32,000 nt of DNA from Wolbachia endosymbiont of Drosophila innubila (GTDB lineage Bacteria > Pseudomonadota > Alphaproteobacteria > Rickettsiales > Anaplasmataceae). Made by a program: the position numbers and the translations under genes. The notes under the pieces were generated by a model. That model did not search any database. It saw only the letters and a program-made list of their open reading frames with translations, and was not told the DNA's origin. Below, in pieces: positions 1-11,830 of the stretch (position 1 is its first letter; each line of letters opens with the position of its first letter). The DNA lies in the NCBI RefSeq assembly GCF_021378375.1, contig NZ_CP076228.1:630001-662000 (forward strand), given 5' to 3'.

Positions 1-860
1 AATACTTCGCTTGGGCACCTCTCATAACCTTATTCGTTTTGATTCTTCCATTAACTCATCAGCATCGATGGTGGCCCTTATAGTTAAATTCAGCTTTACT
101 CATATTGTTTCTCCTATCTATAAATTCAGAATATGTTATCACTTCATCAGCAAGTCAATCTCTATTGCTTTCTCACCAAAATATAGCCCTGCTTCCGTTG
201 ATTTGATTTTTTTTTGCTACAAGCTCGACGAAATAGATTCCTATTTCTTTGCGGCTCATGCGGAAAGAGGTTGTTCGACAAAATTCCGGCATATTCCCTC
301 TTTATATCGCCCAGGGCGGGATGTTGTGAGTAAATCATACTCCTTCATCCTTCTGTCCCTGTGCTTAAGCAAAAGTCCTCCACATCTTCTTGGCTGATTC
401 TATCATTTTTCGTTAGCAGCGCCTATGTAACAACCTATAAAAACCCTGAGGTGTCTGTAATTATATGCCTTTTCTACCCTTTACTTTTTTTTACTTCCAT
501 CATGGCTTTTGATCCCCTTTTCTGTAGTCTTTACAGATTGACTATCTACTATACAGGCACTCGGCTGCTCATTCTTTCCTATTTTTCTTCTACTATATTT
601 TTGTAATTTCATAATTCATTTTCTCAAAAATTCCCTGCTTCTTCCATTGCCTGAACTGCTCATACACAGTCTTCCATAGCGGAAAATCATTTGGTAAATA
701 CTATAGAACCAACTTTTCAATACATTCATCAGCAGACCAATTGTTTTGCAACAATATCCAACCGAGAAACTCCTGCTTTAACCAAACCAGCAATTTTTTT
801 TTTTCTGATTTTTACTTTTTTTTTTGACTAATTTTGGATAAATTTACAAAAACATCCTAC
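1..860 (-). mobile_element. IS5-family DDE transposase remnant, multiply frameshifted, running off the left edge of the window
   Basis: Minus-strand translation of ~620-700 gives LPNDFPLWKTVYEQFRQWKKQGIFEKM. Translation of ~450-570 gives SACIVDSQSVKTTEKG...KGxKRHIITDTSGFL. These are typical IS5/IS4 (DUF4096 + DDE_Tnp_1) motifs, interrupted by stops and frame changes. Confidence 0.55.
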
Positions 861-925
861 GTAACTCTGGGATCATTAATCTTTTTATATTCTAGCACTA
901 GATTTAATATTTCTCGGCCTCATTT

Positions 926-1120
926 TTAAAGCCGATTTTTCTCCTTTGATGCAATGAGATCGGTGGTAATACCCACTGACAATGCACCTGCTATAGCGTA
1001 CAACCTTTTGATTGAAATTCTACGATTCCCTTTCTCATATTGCAGTATTACCCAGTATTTTTACACCAGCTAAATCTTTCTGAGTATACCCCCTCTCTAA
1101 CCTCCAATCTTTTTCACTTT
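926..1120 (-). pseudogene. XRE-family helix-turn-helix regulator fragment
   Basis: Minus-strand reading gives ...RGYTQKDLAGV..GNTAIWERGNRxISIKRLYAIAGALSVGITTDLIASKEKNRL*, an HTH_3-like pattern, with internal stops. The YTQKDLA core is shared with the HTH modules at 3440-3910. Confidence 0.45.
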
Positions 1121-1129
1121 TTTCCCTAC

Positions 1130-2461
1130 TTCATAGTCTAGAATTTTTCCACGCAAAGAACCATACATATAATATTTTCTACTATAGCTCAAAGGGCTCC
1201 AGATATAATAGCCAGACTCTGAACCTTTAAATTGATGAATTAAAGTGCCCTACAAGTTTCTTTACTATTTTTCACGTACTTTGTCTGCCCATGAAAACAA
1301 TTTTTTCACTTACTTCCCTTCTGCTTTTCAATCCATATGTTGCACCTAGTGAAATTACCTCTCTACTGCTTCTTTAAGTTTACTCCTCAAAGAGACAGTT
1401 TTTCCTATTTCTTCTCTTTTTTTGTAATTCAGCCCACATTTCCTTGTTTTCTACTCTCAATTGTACTTGATCATATTTTTTACATCGTGGTACAATATAA
1501 TATTTAGCTTACCAATGCTTGTAGGGAAATTCTAATATAATAGAGCTTTCATCTGACATATCGATATAGTTTCTTATACCTTCTTCCTTTCTCACTTTTA
1601 ACCTCAACTGCATCATTTGCCAATTTTTAAAATATTACTTCCCAATTTACTTCAGTATTTTGGCTACCTCTACCTTGCTATCATCAGAAAAATTCTATAT
1701 ACGATGTTGTTGTATCTATCTCAACATCTATTAATTCTCTTCTTGCACAGCACTCACCAGCCTCTAGTTCTTCCCCAGTCTCTATCTATCTGTGGCTGAA
1801 CTTCACGCTGTAGCTCATTATAGATTTCACCTATTAGTTTATTCTGCAATAAAAGTATCATGAAAATCTGCACCACTTAGCATTAATTTGACGCATTATC
1901 TTTTTTCGATCAGTCTTATCAAATTTATGAAAATGCACCAATACTACATACTCTGCAATGCTCCATTCCCCATCGTTATATGCATTTATTCTTGCTCAAG
2001 AGGCTAGTACTTGGTCTATAAGTTTTGTTGCAATTCATTTATGTTCTTTGCCTCTACCACAGCACTCTTAAACCAGCTCAACTTTTCACTTTCGCTTGCA
2101 CTTGGCTTTATTTTTTGCAAAGATGAAGCAAATGGGTTTAACATTTCCGGATAATCTGCTTGATCGCTCACAGGTTTTGTGCCATATATGTAATCAAGTC
2201 CTTTTCCGTAGTTGATTTTGTTTTCGCGAACGTTTTTGTAGGAAAAGGCACCTCTCCAAGCTTTTAGCCTTATTAATTTTGCTTACAAAAGCTATTACAA
2301 CTAAGACCACTTAATATTCCCGACTTATCGCTTGTAGAAGTGAGTTGCTGGCTAGTACGACCAATTCCTACAATAGCATTTAACATCTCACCTTTTGATA
2401 ATTTATCAAGATCAACGTTTAACTCATAGATGCCTCCTTCCTTATCACCAAAAAGGTACAA
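1130..2461 (-). pseudogene. Degraded coding remnant of unknown function
   Basis: ORF 2273-2461 (-) continues downstream in shifting frames, e.g. IRLKAWRGAFSYKNVRENKINYGKGLDYIYGTKPVSDQADYPEMLNPF...KLSWFKSAVVEAKNINELQQNL, with many stops. No family recognised. Confidence 0.3.
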
Positions 2462-3439
2462 TTATTTTATTAACCATATTAGCCTCCGCTATTAAATATA
2501 CTTTCTAAGTGTATAACGAACTTTATTACTCAGTTGTTATACACTATATTACTTATTATAAATTATAGTGGTAAAGATTTGCAAATATTTTCTTCCATAA
2601 CAATCCACTTTCTTAAAACTAAAATAGCCCCAATTTTGTGATGATAATGGTCAAAACAATTTAACGCTTACTAGGCTCTTTTGTTACTGGCGATCTTCTT
2701 TTGACGGCTCTAAACTTCCTCCAGGGTTGGTTGTGTGACATTATTATTAATGTTGCATTTTTATTAATGCTTTTCTTATAATCTCCTTTCACCTCAATAT
2801 GTACACCGATTTGCTTTTTCCATTTCACCAATTTTACGTTCAAGTACTTCACTTTCAGTCTCTTTGTAAGTCCTCATTATTGGCTCTCCTGAGCTTTCTC
2901 TCAAAGCAACTTCTATGTTTCCTTAACACACATACAATCATTGCTACTGCAGAATCGCTACCCTTCTATAACTTCTCAGGATCATCCATTTCTCTACCTA
3001 AAAATCCTTCCTACTCCTGCATGCACTGTGATTTTAGCAATTCCCTGAGCTTGTGGCCTTCATGTACTGCACTTAGAAATGTTTCCATTATTTCAATGAT
3101 CAAGTAGAGCTTTGCCTTTGCTTCATCATTCCTGGAATTTATTTTTCTTTACTTTTATTATTCATATAATTTACCCCTTCACTAACAACAAACTTTTCTT
3201 AGATATTTACTGCTGTTTTCTTATCAGCATTGGCATAAAGCCATAGCTTTTTGCGTGAAGTCAAATCAATTTTAAATCTTTTACATCAAAAAAAAAAGAT
3301 AATATATAACTATTTTTATTTTAAACTTGTTGAATTTCTGTCCAAAAGAGAGGGGCCCTGTTATTTGCAAAATAATATCGGTAGAAATTCCTTTTTAACT
3401 AAATCTTTTGCAATTTTCATCTTTCGTTTTCACTTTCTT

Positions 3440-3910
3440 TTCAATTTGTATGCTTTTCACAGAGATTTTATTAGCACATACTGCAATTTTGACTCTCAAT
3501 TTCTTTTGTATCAATTAAATTCGGTAATTCATTTTCCACTTTATCATCTGCATCCTCTGTTAGTTCAAGTAGGTCCATGATATTAATCGATAATGTTTCC
3601 GCTATTGCATACAATTTTCCAGTGGAATAGCCACACGTCCTTGTTCATAGTTGCTTATTTCGTCACGTGTTGTACTCATTTTCTTGCTAAATCTTTTGAG
3701 TATACCCTCCTCACACTATCCTCCACTCTTATCTTCTTTTCCTATTTTGCAATTTCTCAATCGAAATTTTTTCGTGTTCCTTTTTCATATTGTAGTACTA
3801 TTTGATATGTTACGCCGATTTTCCCGCCAAATCTTTTGAGTATATCTCTTCGCTAATCTACGATTTCTTACCCTGTCCTATTGCTTTGTAGTCTAAAAGC
3901 TAGAGCAGTT
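3440..3910 (-). pseudogene. Double XRE-family HTH transcriptional regulator, degraded
   Basis: Minus-strand reading yields two tandem HTH modules: IRNRRLAKRYTQKDLAGKIGVTYQIVLQYEKGTRKISIEKL and LAxKMSTTRDEISNYEQGRVAIPLENLYAIAETLSINIMDLLELTEDADDKVENE. Stops and frame changes lie between them. Confidence 0.55.
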
Positions 3911-3994
3911 ATTCTTCTTTTCTCACATCTTATACTTCATAATCAGAAGAACTATTACGTATACTTAATTGGGAACCTTTTTGACAAACTGAAT

Positions 3995-5296
3995 TCATCT
4001 CCTTTCAAACAATTTTTCTATATCACTTAGTTTCATTTCTATGTAAGTTGGTCTTCCATGGTTGCATTGCCCAGCATACGGTGTTTCTTCCATTCGTCTC
4101 AGTAGCTCATTCATTTCCTCTAACTTCATTTTTCTCCTGCTCGAATCGATCCATGACGCGACCGTGGCCAGCATTTTGTTCACCTTATCCTCTATTGGCA
4201 ACATATCTTCCATTTCTGTTAATCTATCTACTACTTCAATTAGCATCTTTTTATATCTATTGTTCCAAGATTGCAGGTATTTTCTTTCACCCTTACTTTA
4301 TCTTCTGATTCTATTTCAATGCAAAACCCATTTCAAAAGCTTATCTTTATACATTTCAACCATCTCCATTCCTGCTTGGTTTTAATCTCAACTATTTCAG
4401 GAAGAAGAAGCTTTTGCCTTTTATGCTTGATTTTTGTTTTAAGCACTCATAGATCAACCTCTCATGGGCTTGCGTGCTGGTCTACTATAATTAATTTGCC
4501 TTTAGCCTCAGCAATAATGTAAGTATTGTAGACCTGACAGCGTGCATATCCTAGAGGATAATCCTCTATAAAATCAATTTGCTCCTTTCTAGGGCAATAG
4601 TCTCCGCTTGTAGTAGGAATCTCTGTGTATCAGTATAGTCAAAATGATTCTGACCGTTCTGATAAGCCTTTTTCTCCTGCATTTGGCAAGTTGAATTCTT
4701 TCATTAGCTGATTCTCAAAAAGGACTTGGCCTCCTTCCGTAAAATTCTTTTTGACCCTTTACTTCTCTGCTTTTTCCATTATTACACACTCATTATTCCT
4801 TTGACTTTCACTAACATCAAAAGGTGAACCACTCAGTTCTTCTCCAATACCTTGACACCCCTAGATTCATTAATATCACTCACTGAAGAGGTACCCTATT
4901 CTCATTAACAACGCTTTTATTATCCCTCTTCTCACTATTTCATATTAACCTTTTATTCTGAAATCTTACTTGATTTATTTGGATGCACATTTACATCTAA
5001 TACTTGATCGTATGGTATACCTAAGTGCAGCACTGCCAAAAGGATACCTCCCACTTGAATAAAAATCTTGATACGCATATCGAATTGCACCAATAACGTA
5101 GATTATCCTTGATTGGCCTTCCATTAACAAACGTATAGATCTGAGGTTGACTTACCGCGGTTGATAGTTGGTTTGAAGTGCGACCTTGAAAGCCTTCGGT
5201 CATATTGTTTATTAAGGAGAGGAATTCATTCAGAAAGAAACTGAAAGGATTCTTAAAGCTTATTGAGCCAGATGTTTTGCCATCACTGGAGTTCAC
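3995..5296 (-). pseudogene. mutL: DNA mismatch repair protein MutL paralog lacking the N-terminal ATPase domain, multiply frameshifted
   Basis: C-terminal ORF 3995-4246 ends ...[25 protein letters not shown]. Upstream frames give [34 protein letters not shown] and LLLPEIVEI. ORF 5021-5296 contains IYTFVNGRPIKDN followed by LDVNVHPNK. All are canonical MutL motifs, in order, on the minus strand. Confidence 0.8.
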
Positions 5297-5299
5297 GCA

Positions 5300-6765
5300 T
5301 CAGTGCCGAATTGGGTAACCAGTTGACTCCGAAGCATGGAACCAGTTACCCTGGAAGAAATGCCAAAAAGTTGTTATGAGGCTACAGAGGCGTATTGTTA
5401 AGGCTGTCCAACAAGGCAGATGGGGTAAGGTGAAAACTTTACAACACCTTCTGCAACACAAAATTTCAAGGAATAAAGCTATTAAAACAAAGAGGATACA
5501 AACCTTCTCCGCTAAAACGGATATACATCAGTAAGTCTAATGGCAAAAGAAGACCTCTTGAATCCCTACGATAAAAGATAGAGCCATGCAAGCATTATAC
5601 TTGTTTGCTTTGGAACCGATAGCTGAAACGATCAGTGATCGTCACTCTTATGGTTTTAGACCAAAAGATCCTGCGCAGACGCTACTGTGGCTTGCCACTT
5701 GTTACTGGCAAGCCGTAACCAACTACAATGGATACTCGAAGGTGATATTAAAGGGTGTTTTGATAACATTAACCATGAATGGCTCATGAAGCATATTCCT
5801 ATGGAGAAGAAAATTCTTCATAGCTGGTTAAAAAGCTGGCTTCCTAGAATCAAAAACTCTGTATTCCACAACTGCAGGTACCCCACAAGGTAGTATCATC
5901 TCTCCAATACTAGCAAATCTAGCCCTAAATGGACTTGAAAAATCATTGGAAAGTCAATTTGGTAAACTTGGCAGTAAAAGAAGAAGCAAAATCAGAAGTG
6001 GAGTAAATGTAATCAGGTACGCAGATGACTTTATCATTTCAGGAATCACACGTGAAGTACTGGAAAATGAAGTAAAACCTCTAGTATCGTCCTTTCTTCA
6101 GGAGAGAGGTCTTATCCTTTCCGAAGAGAAAACAAAAATTACATCTATTACAACAGGGTTTGACTTTCTTGGTTGTAATGTACGCAGGTATAATAAGAAG
6201 TTAATTATAAAACCTTCAAAAGAAAGTATTAAGAAACTTCTTAATAAAGCACGTACATTGATAAAGGCAAACATAGCGAACACTCAGGCCGTACTAATCA
6301 AGTTGCTCAATTCCCTATTAAGGGGATGGGAAAATTACTACAGCCATGTGTGTGCGAAAAGAGCTTTTAACAAAATAGACCATGAAATTATGTGTGCTCT
6401 ATGGAAATGGGCAAAGAAAAGACATCCTCGTAAAGGATTACGTTGGATAAAGAATCGTTACTTCAAGGTAATGAAACAACGCCAATGGGTCTTTGCTGCA
6501 CCCATATGCAAGAACAAACCGAAAGAGATAAGGTATTTAAGACTGCTTAGGTTGATTGATATACCTATCAGACGACATGTTAAAATCAGGGCGGATGCAA
6601 ATCCACTTGACTTAAAATGGAAAAAGTATTTTGATGAAAGAGTGAAACAAACAAAAATGTTAGCAAGCTCTTTCTCAAGAGAAGGTTCTCTGCTGTTGGT
6701 GTCACCATTAAGAATGATGTTTTCTGAGGAATCATGAAGGACAAGCCGGTTCGACTAACCAATTC
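5300..6765 (+). mobile_element. Group II intron fragment containing only the intron-encoded protein region; 5' ribozyme domains and 3' domains V/VI absent
   Basis: RT coding sequence begins within ~40 nt of the mutL remnant (5296). It ends ~30 nt before the TPR array (6766). No room remains for intron domains I-IV or V-VI. Confidence 0.8.
5337..6737 (+). pseudogene. Group II intron reverse transcriptase/maturase with several frameshifts and an apparent ~150-nt internal deletion
   Basis: Motifs in order across three frames: WNQLPWKKCQKVVMRLQRRIVKA, KRIYISKSNGKRRPL.IPTIKDRAMQALYLFALEPIAE, SYGFRPK, LEGDIKGCFDNINHEWL, GTPQGSIISPILANLALNGLE, VIRYADDFII, LLRGWENYYSH (maturase X). A Cys-rich HNH-like tail is cut off at the end. 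Confidence 0.88.
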
Positions 6766-8190
6766 CTTAGCTTCTTCACACAACTTTATAGCTTCTCCAT
6801 AAAGAAGAATTCTCTCATTAGGACCATTAGTAGCATTACCTAGATTATGCTTAGCTTTACCTAAAGCCAGTAAAATATCAGGATCTTCGAGATGCAATTC
6901 CTTAGCTTCTTCATACAACTTTATAGCTTCTCCATAAAGAAGAATTTTCATTAGAACCATTAGTAGCAATACCTAGATTACGCTTAGCTTTACCTAAAGC
7001 CAGTAAAATATCAGGATCTTCGACGCAATCCCTTAGCTTCTTCATACAACTTTATAGCTTCTTCATAAAGAAGAATTCTCTCATTAGAACCATTAGTAGC
7101 AATACCTAGATTATGCTTAGCTTTACCTAAAAGCCAGTAAAATATCAGGATCTTCGGACGCAATTCCTTAGCTTCTTCATACAACTTTATAGCTTCTTCA
7201 TAAGGAAGAATTTTCTCATTAGAACCATTAGTAGCAATACCTAGATTATGCTTAGCTTTACCTAAAGCCAGTAAAATATCAGGATCTTCGGGACGCAATT
7301 CTTAGCTTCTTCATACAACTTTATAGCTTCTTCATAAAGAAGAATTTTCTCATTAGAACCATTAGTAGCAATACCTAGATTACGCTTAGCTTTACCTAAA
7401 GCCAGTAAAATATCAGGATCTTCGGGACGCAATCCCTTAGCTTCTTCATAAACTTTATAGCTTCTTCATAAAGAAGAATTCTCTCATTAGAACCATTAGT
7501 AGCAATACCTAGATTATGCTTAGCTTTACCTAAAGCCAGTAAAAATATTTGGATCTTCGGGACGCAATTCCTTAGCTTCTTCATACAACTTTATAGCTTC
7601 TTCATAAGGAAGAATTTTCTCATTAGAACCATTAGTAGCAATACCTAGATTATGCTTAGCTTTACCTAAAGCCAGTAAAATATCAGGATCTTCGGGACGC
7701 AATTCCTTAGCTTCTTCATACAACTTTATAGCTTCTCCATAAAGAAGAATTTTCTCATTAGAATCATTAGTAGCATTACCTAGATTATGCTTAGCTTTAC
7801 CTAAAGCCAGTAAAATATCAGGATCTTCGAGATGCAATTCCTTAGCTTCTTCATACAACTTTATAGCTTCTCCATAAAGAAGAATTTTCATTAGAACCAT
7901 TAGTAGCAATACCTAGATTACGCTTAGCTTTACCTAAAGCCAGTAAAATATCAGGATCTTCGGGGACGCAATCCCTTAGCTTCTTCATACAACTTTATAG
8001 CTTCTTCATAAAGAAGAATTCTCTCATTAGAACCATTAGTAGCAATACCTAGATTATTCTTAGCTTTACCTAAAGCCAGTAAAACATCAGGATCTTCGGG
8101 ACGCAATTCCTTAGCTTCATACAACTTTATAAGCTTCTCCATAAAGAAGAATTCTCTCATTCGGATCCTTAGCTTCAACACCAAGATTAA
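6766..8190. repeat. Tandem array of ~10.5 copies of a 135-bp unit
   Basis: The motif caattccttagcttcttcatacaactttatagcttc recurs at ~6768, 6894, 7024, 7160, 7295, 7428, 7562, 7699, 7835, 7968 and 8103. Copies are highly similar, with point differences and small indels. Confidence 0.95.
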
Positions 8191-8640
8191 AATAAACTTG
8201 ACTTAGAAAAATTCATAGAGCTATCTCACCTAGATAAGAAGAAATCTCTTGTAGCAGTTCCTTTCTATCTTTTAAAGACTTGCTTATCAGACTAAGAATA
8301 GATTCTAAATCTTTTCCTTCAACAGCTTTTAATTGTGAAGATAACGTATCGTGGTGTTGCACCTTCGCCATTAATAATAATTTGTAAAATTTCTATTGCC
8401 TTCATTAACGTGTTCCTGGTTCTTTTAGACATATTCTGGTAATGTCTTCATGTTCTGAATTATTAAGATATCCTTTCCAGCTGCTTCGCAGCTTCTTTCA
8501 AAACTACCATGATGTTTAGCTCAAACGCAGCCACTACAACCTTTTTTCTAAATCATATAATCAAATCTGTCGATCACCTAGTATATTGCTTTCTGATGAA
8601 ACCAGATAGTTACTCTTATTTAATAATAAATAGACCTTGA
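6766..8640 (-). pseudogene. TPR-like (45-aa repeat) protein, frameshifted in several repeats and 3'-truncated at the intron junction
   Basis: Minus-strand ORFs 6586-6969, 7011-7298, 7396-7584, 7526-7909 and 7951-8184 all encode EDPDILLALGKAKHNLGIATNGSNEKIL.YEEAIKLYEEAKELRP. This is a TPR-like helix pair with an inserted loop. A unique N-terminal region is readable up to ~8640. Confidence 0.7.
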
Positions 8641-9277
8641 ATTAACGCTTTAAGGCCTTGGCTTCGTTTGTTTATCCACTGTAATAGTGTTTTGCTGTTC
8701 TATACGACGACTATCATGTAGTCAATTGATTGTACAGTTTCTTGTAATTTATTGCATATTTCCTCTATGGATTGGTATTGCCCTCTGTGAATTGACCCAA
8801 CTTTTCCTTATCAATGGTGTTAAACCATTTGTGTATTACATGCTCGAACACTTCCCATCTACCCCCTCGTTTAGGCTAATATCAGCTCTAATCTTTCGGC
8901 AATTACTCGGATCTGTTTACTACTATATCAACTTTTAACACAAAATTAACACTATGGCTAGTTAAATTAGAAATATATAATTTTCTCCTGAATTGCGGGT
9001 TTCTTTTCTTGGAACATCAACGATATTTAACATGATAGCTTTATTACTCCTATTCATCTTAAGAAGAAGTGTGACACCCCCATTACTTTGACAAACCGAA
9101 GCGTACATACTTAACGTCCTAATATCTTTCCTTAATTATGATCTTTAAGTAAGTGCGATTTGCCAATATAACCGACTGGAAGGAATAGTGATTTTGCTTC
9201 TCACAGTTAGAAATAGAATAACATGTAAGACTTTCTGCTGATTTCTTAAGGATGTAGTGGGAACTCTCTTTGCCTTT

Positions 9278-9600
9278 TCAGCCCGTAGACTTCATAAAAG
9301 AATTTTGTAATGATACTCCCCGGCCCAATAACTCTCCCTTCTCGTATACTAACACTGCCCCTGTATCATGAAGAAAGCTTATACATGCTACTATGATATT
9401 TTGCTTCTCAGATCTTAAAATGGCAGGATGATAAAATAGCCCTTGTCTTACTACTTGCTTTCTGGGTCCATCGGGACTTATATCTCTCGATTTGAACTCA
9501 GCAATCACTGAAATCGCCTCAGAATCTTTTTACGTAGAAACAGTATTAAATCCGCATATCCTCGACCAGCTGTAGGCCCAATGTAATAACTCACATATAT
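9278..9600 (-). pseudogene. PD-(D/E)XK nuclease-like (DUF1703/PDDEXK_9-type) C-terminal remnant
   Basis: Minus-strand reading gives GPTAGRGYADLILFLRKK...VIAEFKSRDISPDGPRKQVVRQGLFYHPAIL...IIVACISFLHDTGAVLVYEKG. It fits the G+G+xD...hhE.K...A..Q core pattern. Upstream frames are broken. Confidence 0.35.
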
Positions 9601-9896
9601 CTTTTACAACATAACATTAGACACCACAAGCTAAAAGCCGTGCTGTGCCGCTTCTGTTTTATATCTTCGGGATTCATATCAATTTTACGATATAACCCCC
9701 CAAGACACTTAAATAGTTTCTCTACTCTTCAACATCTTGAACCTCTCTACCACCAGGCTCTTCCTGCCCTTTAAGATTTCTCCCAGTAAATTTGGTTGAT
9801 CGTGACCAACTTCACCAACATTCTAACTCATTTGACCCATCCTTCAAATTCAAATTTAGCTTCACCATCAAACATTTAACAAACAAAAATCCACTG

Positions 9897-11830
9897 TTAA
9901 ATTTGTAAAATCAAAATCCCATTGTGCTGCACTAACAACTTCACCCCACAAATTAGTGTAAGGCAAAAGCAGCAACTCCACCAATAAGAGAATAAAGAAA
10001 AACAACGACTTACTAGTAGAGTTAACCTTAGGAATTGTTTTTGCCGTTCCTCATTTTCCCCCTTCACAGGATTAAGAGCCCTTTCTAGTTCATTGTAGAT
10101 AACATTATCTTCTTCATCCTTTTTCCGGTATGTTCGACGCGGCTTGCGATTTATCACGTTGTTTCTCAGGTAAATTAAACCACTCTAAAAAACTTTCAAC
10201 TACTTCCTGCTTTTCCATCTCGCATACCACTAACTTACCAAAAATGAGCGCAACTATTCAAGATGATATCAGTTATTTCTTCTACATTATCAAGTAACAT
10301 CAATTCTCGTGATTTGTTGATTTTTCCTGATTTTGAGGAAAACACAAATTCACAAATTCATCAACCAATTCCTCGCTACCTTGAACAATAAGACTAACAC
10401 AAATACCGCACCCCTTAGAAGAGAATAACTCTTCCATTAATCTCTTTCTTTTTTCCTCATCAGGAAGGCATTTTTCAATAATAAGTTTTAAATCCAATCT
10501 ATCCTTTCCATTCCAAGAAGTTACTAATGAGTAAATATTATTCCTAATATAAAAAATTATAGCTTGCTTTTCTTCAAGGGTAAAAAGAATCGAAAAGTCT
10601 TTTAATGTTATCTTCACTTAGTTGAAATAAAACAGTAAAACATTTTTTTTTCTAATCCGTTAATACGCTGCAAACCCTTATCTTCTTTGAGATCTAAAAA
10701 TCCTATAAAAAGTTGCTCATCCTCTTTTGCAGCAATGTCCAACAACAGACGCTGATAATCGCGCTGTAACAGATCATCAGGCACTTCCTCCAAAAACAAT
10801 TGTGCTTATGATTTAAAAGTAGCTTAAAAATAATAAGGAAATCCCTTTTTATTCTGGAAGAATCAAACTCCCTGTTTTCTACTTCTTGAAGTAGTCGATC
10901 AAAATATTAGTATAATTCATAGTCGGCTCAGTATTAAAACAATTTTACCTGCAACAACTACTGCTAAATTTACTAAAACTCCTCCCAAATTTTCTGTTTG
11001 TTCTTCTGTTAATCCGCAAGTGGGTAAATTATCTAAAAAGTATTTTATTGCTGACTCAGTTCCATATTCTACTGCTAACTCAAGCCCAGATATGTAATCT
11101 ACTACTCCCATCACACTACCAATCGTAGAAGCCCAGAATTTTGCCAGATGTGGTACATCTCTCTTTTCACCATACTCTCCTTTTCTTTTCTCCTAAACTC
11201 CCCATGACTTTTCTACACAATCTTTAAGACAATAAAGACACGCTAGCTCGTACATTTGCTTAGCACCTAAAAGTCACCATCTATGAGAGATTTTGCTGTT
11301 TTTTTTATCAACCATTACATCTTCCGTCCAACGCAAAAATCTTTCCCAGACAAAACACTACCTAAATTTGAAACATCGAAAAAATAAATATGCTGCTCGA
11401 ACCACTCTAATACTTGCAGATATGAGGGTCTAATTAATTCCATCAATTTAGTGCTTCCTGATGGATCCTGTTCTTGCTTTACAGCACTTGGCAACCCCTG
11501 CGTTACTTGAACAGCCTTCTCTTGATGGCTCTGGCTTTATGCTATCAGATATATCTTTCATGATCTTTTATAGATGAACTCAATTCGCGATTCTTCTAAA
11601 GATTTAACTTCTTCCTTCAATTCTTCAAGTAGTTTGACTGAAAGACCCTGCTTGTTTATTTTCACAATGAGCCAATCCATAAGCGTAATAACACAACCCT
11701 TCATAAATGGAGTTGATAATTCTTGTTTAGTAACTTCCGAACTAATTCTTACTTCCTCTGAGCAGCTCCCTGAAGACTGTGTTTTGGCATATAAACCCCC
11801 TTTTATTTTAACACTCGCATTAGCTTACGT
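9897..11830 (-). pseudogene. Large degraded gene or genes of unknown function
   Basis: Consecutive minus-strand ORF pieces (11830->11560, 11114-10917, 10799-10614, 10617-10300, 10157-9897) can be chained across frame changes. No family recognised. Confidence 0.35.

Noticed and set aside
2661-2852. The small minus-strand ORF (VKLVKWKKQIGVHIEVKG...) could be an AbrB/MazE-type antitoxin, implying a toxin-antitoxin pair.
   Set aside because: The resemblance to the KWGNS.AVRIPK motif is weak. No partner toxin is recognisable, and the surrounding sequence is degraded.
11-4522. Numerous plus-strand ORFs appear in the track (11-397, 361-606, 1617-1799, 2799-3107, 3251-3580, 3593-3839, 4048-4522).
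   Set aside because: Their translations are pyrimidine-codon low-complexity (F/L/S/P-rich). Recognisable homologies (IS5 transposase, HTH, MutL) are all on the opposite strand.
6745-6765. A GGTTCGA motif (gccggttcgactaacc) resembles a tRNA T-loop.
   Set aside because: No complementary T-stem and no acceptor or anticodon arms are nearby. It lies in the truncated tail of the intron ORF.
6766-8190. The regular 135-bp array could be a CRISPR array.
   Set aside because: There are no unique spacers. The whole 135-bp unit repeats and translates on the minus strand into a coherent 45-aa TPR-like repeat. No cas genes are present.
5337-8190. A reverse transcriptase next to a variable repeat array could be a diversity-generating retroelement.
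   Set aside because: The RT has group II intron hallmarks (YADDF, the maturase X motif RGWENYY, an HNH-like tail). It lies convergent to the array, and both are truncated at their junction. Repeat differences are not adenine-specific.
8687-8938. An 83-aa plus-strand ORF.
   Set aside because: It has a hydrophobic low-complexity product in a region where the minus strand carries gene remnants. There is no RBS or recognisable motif.
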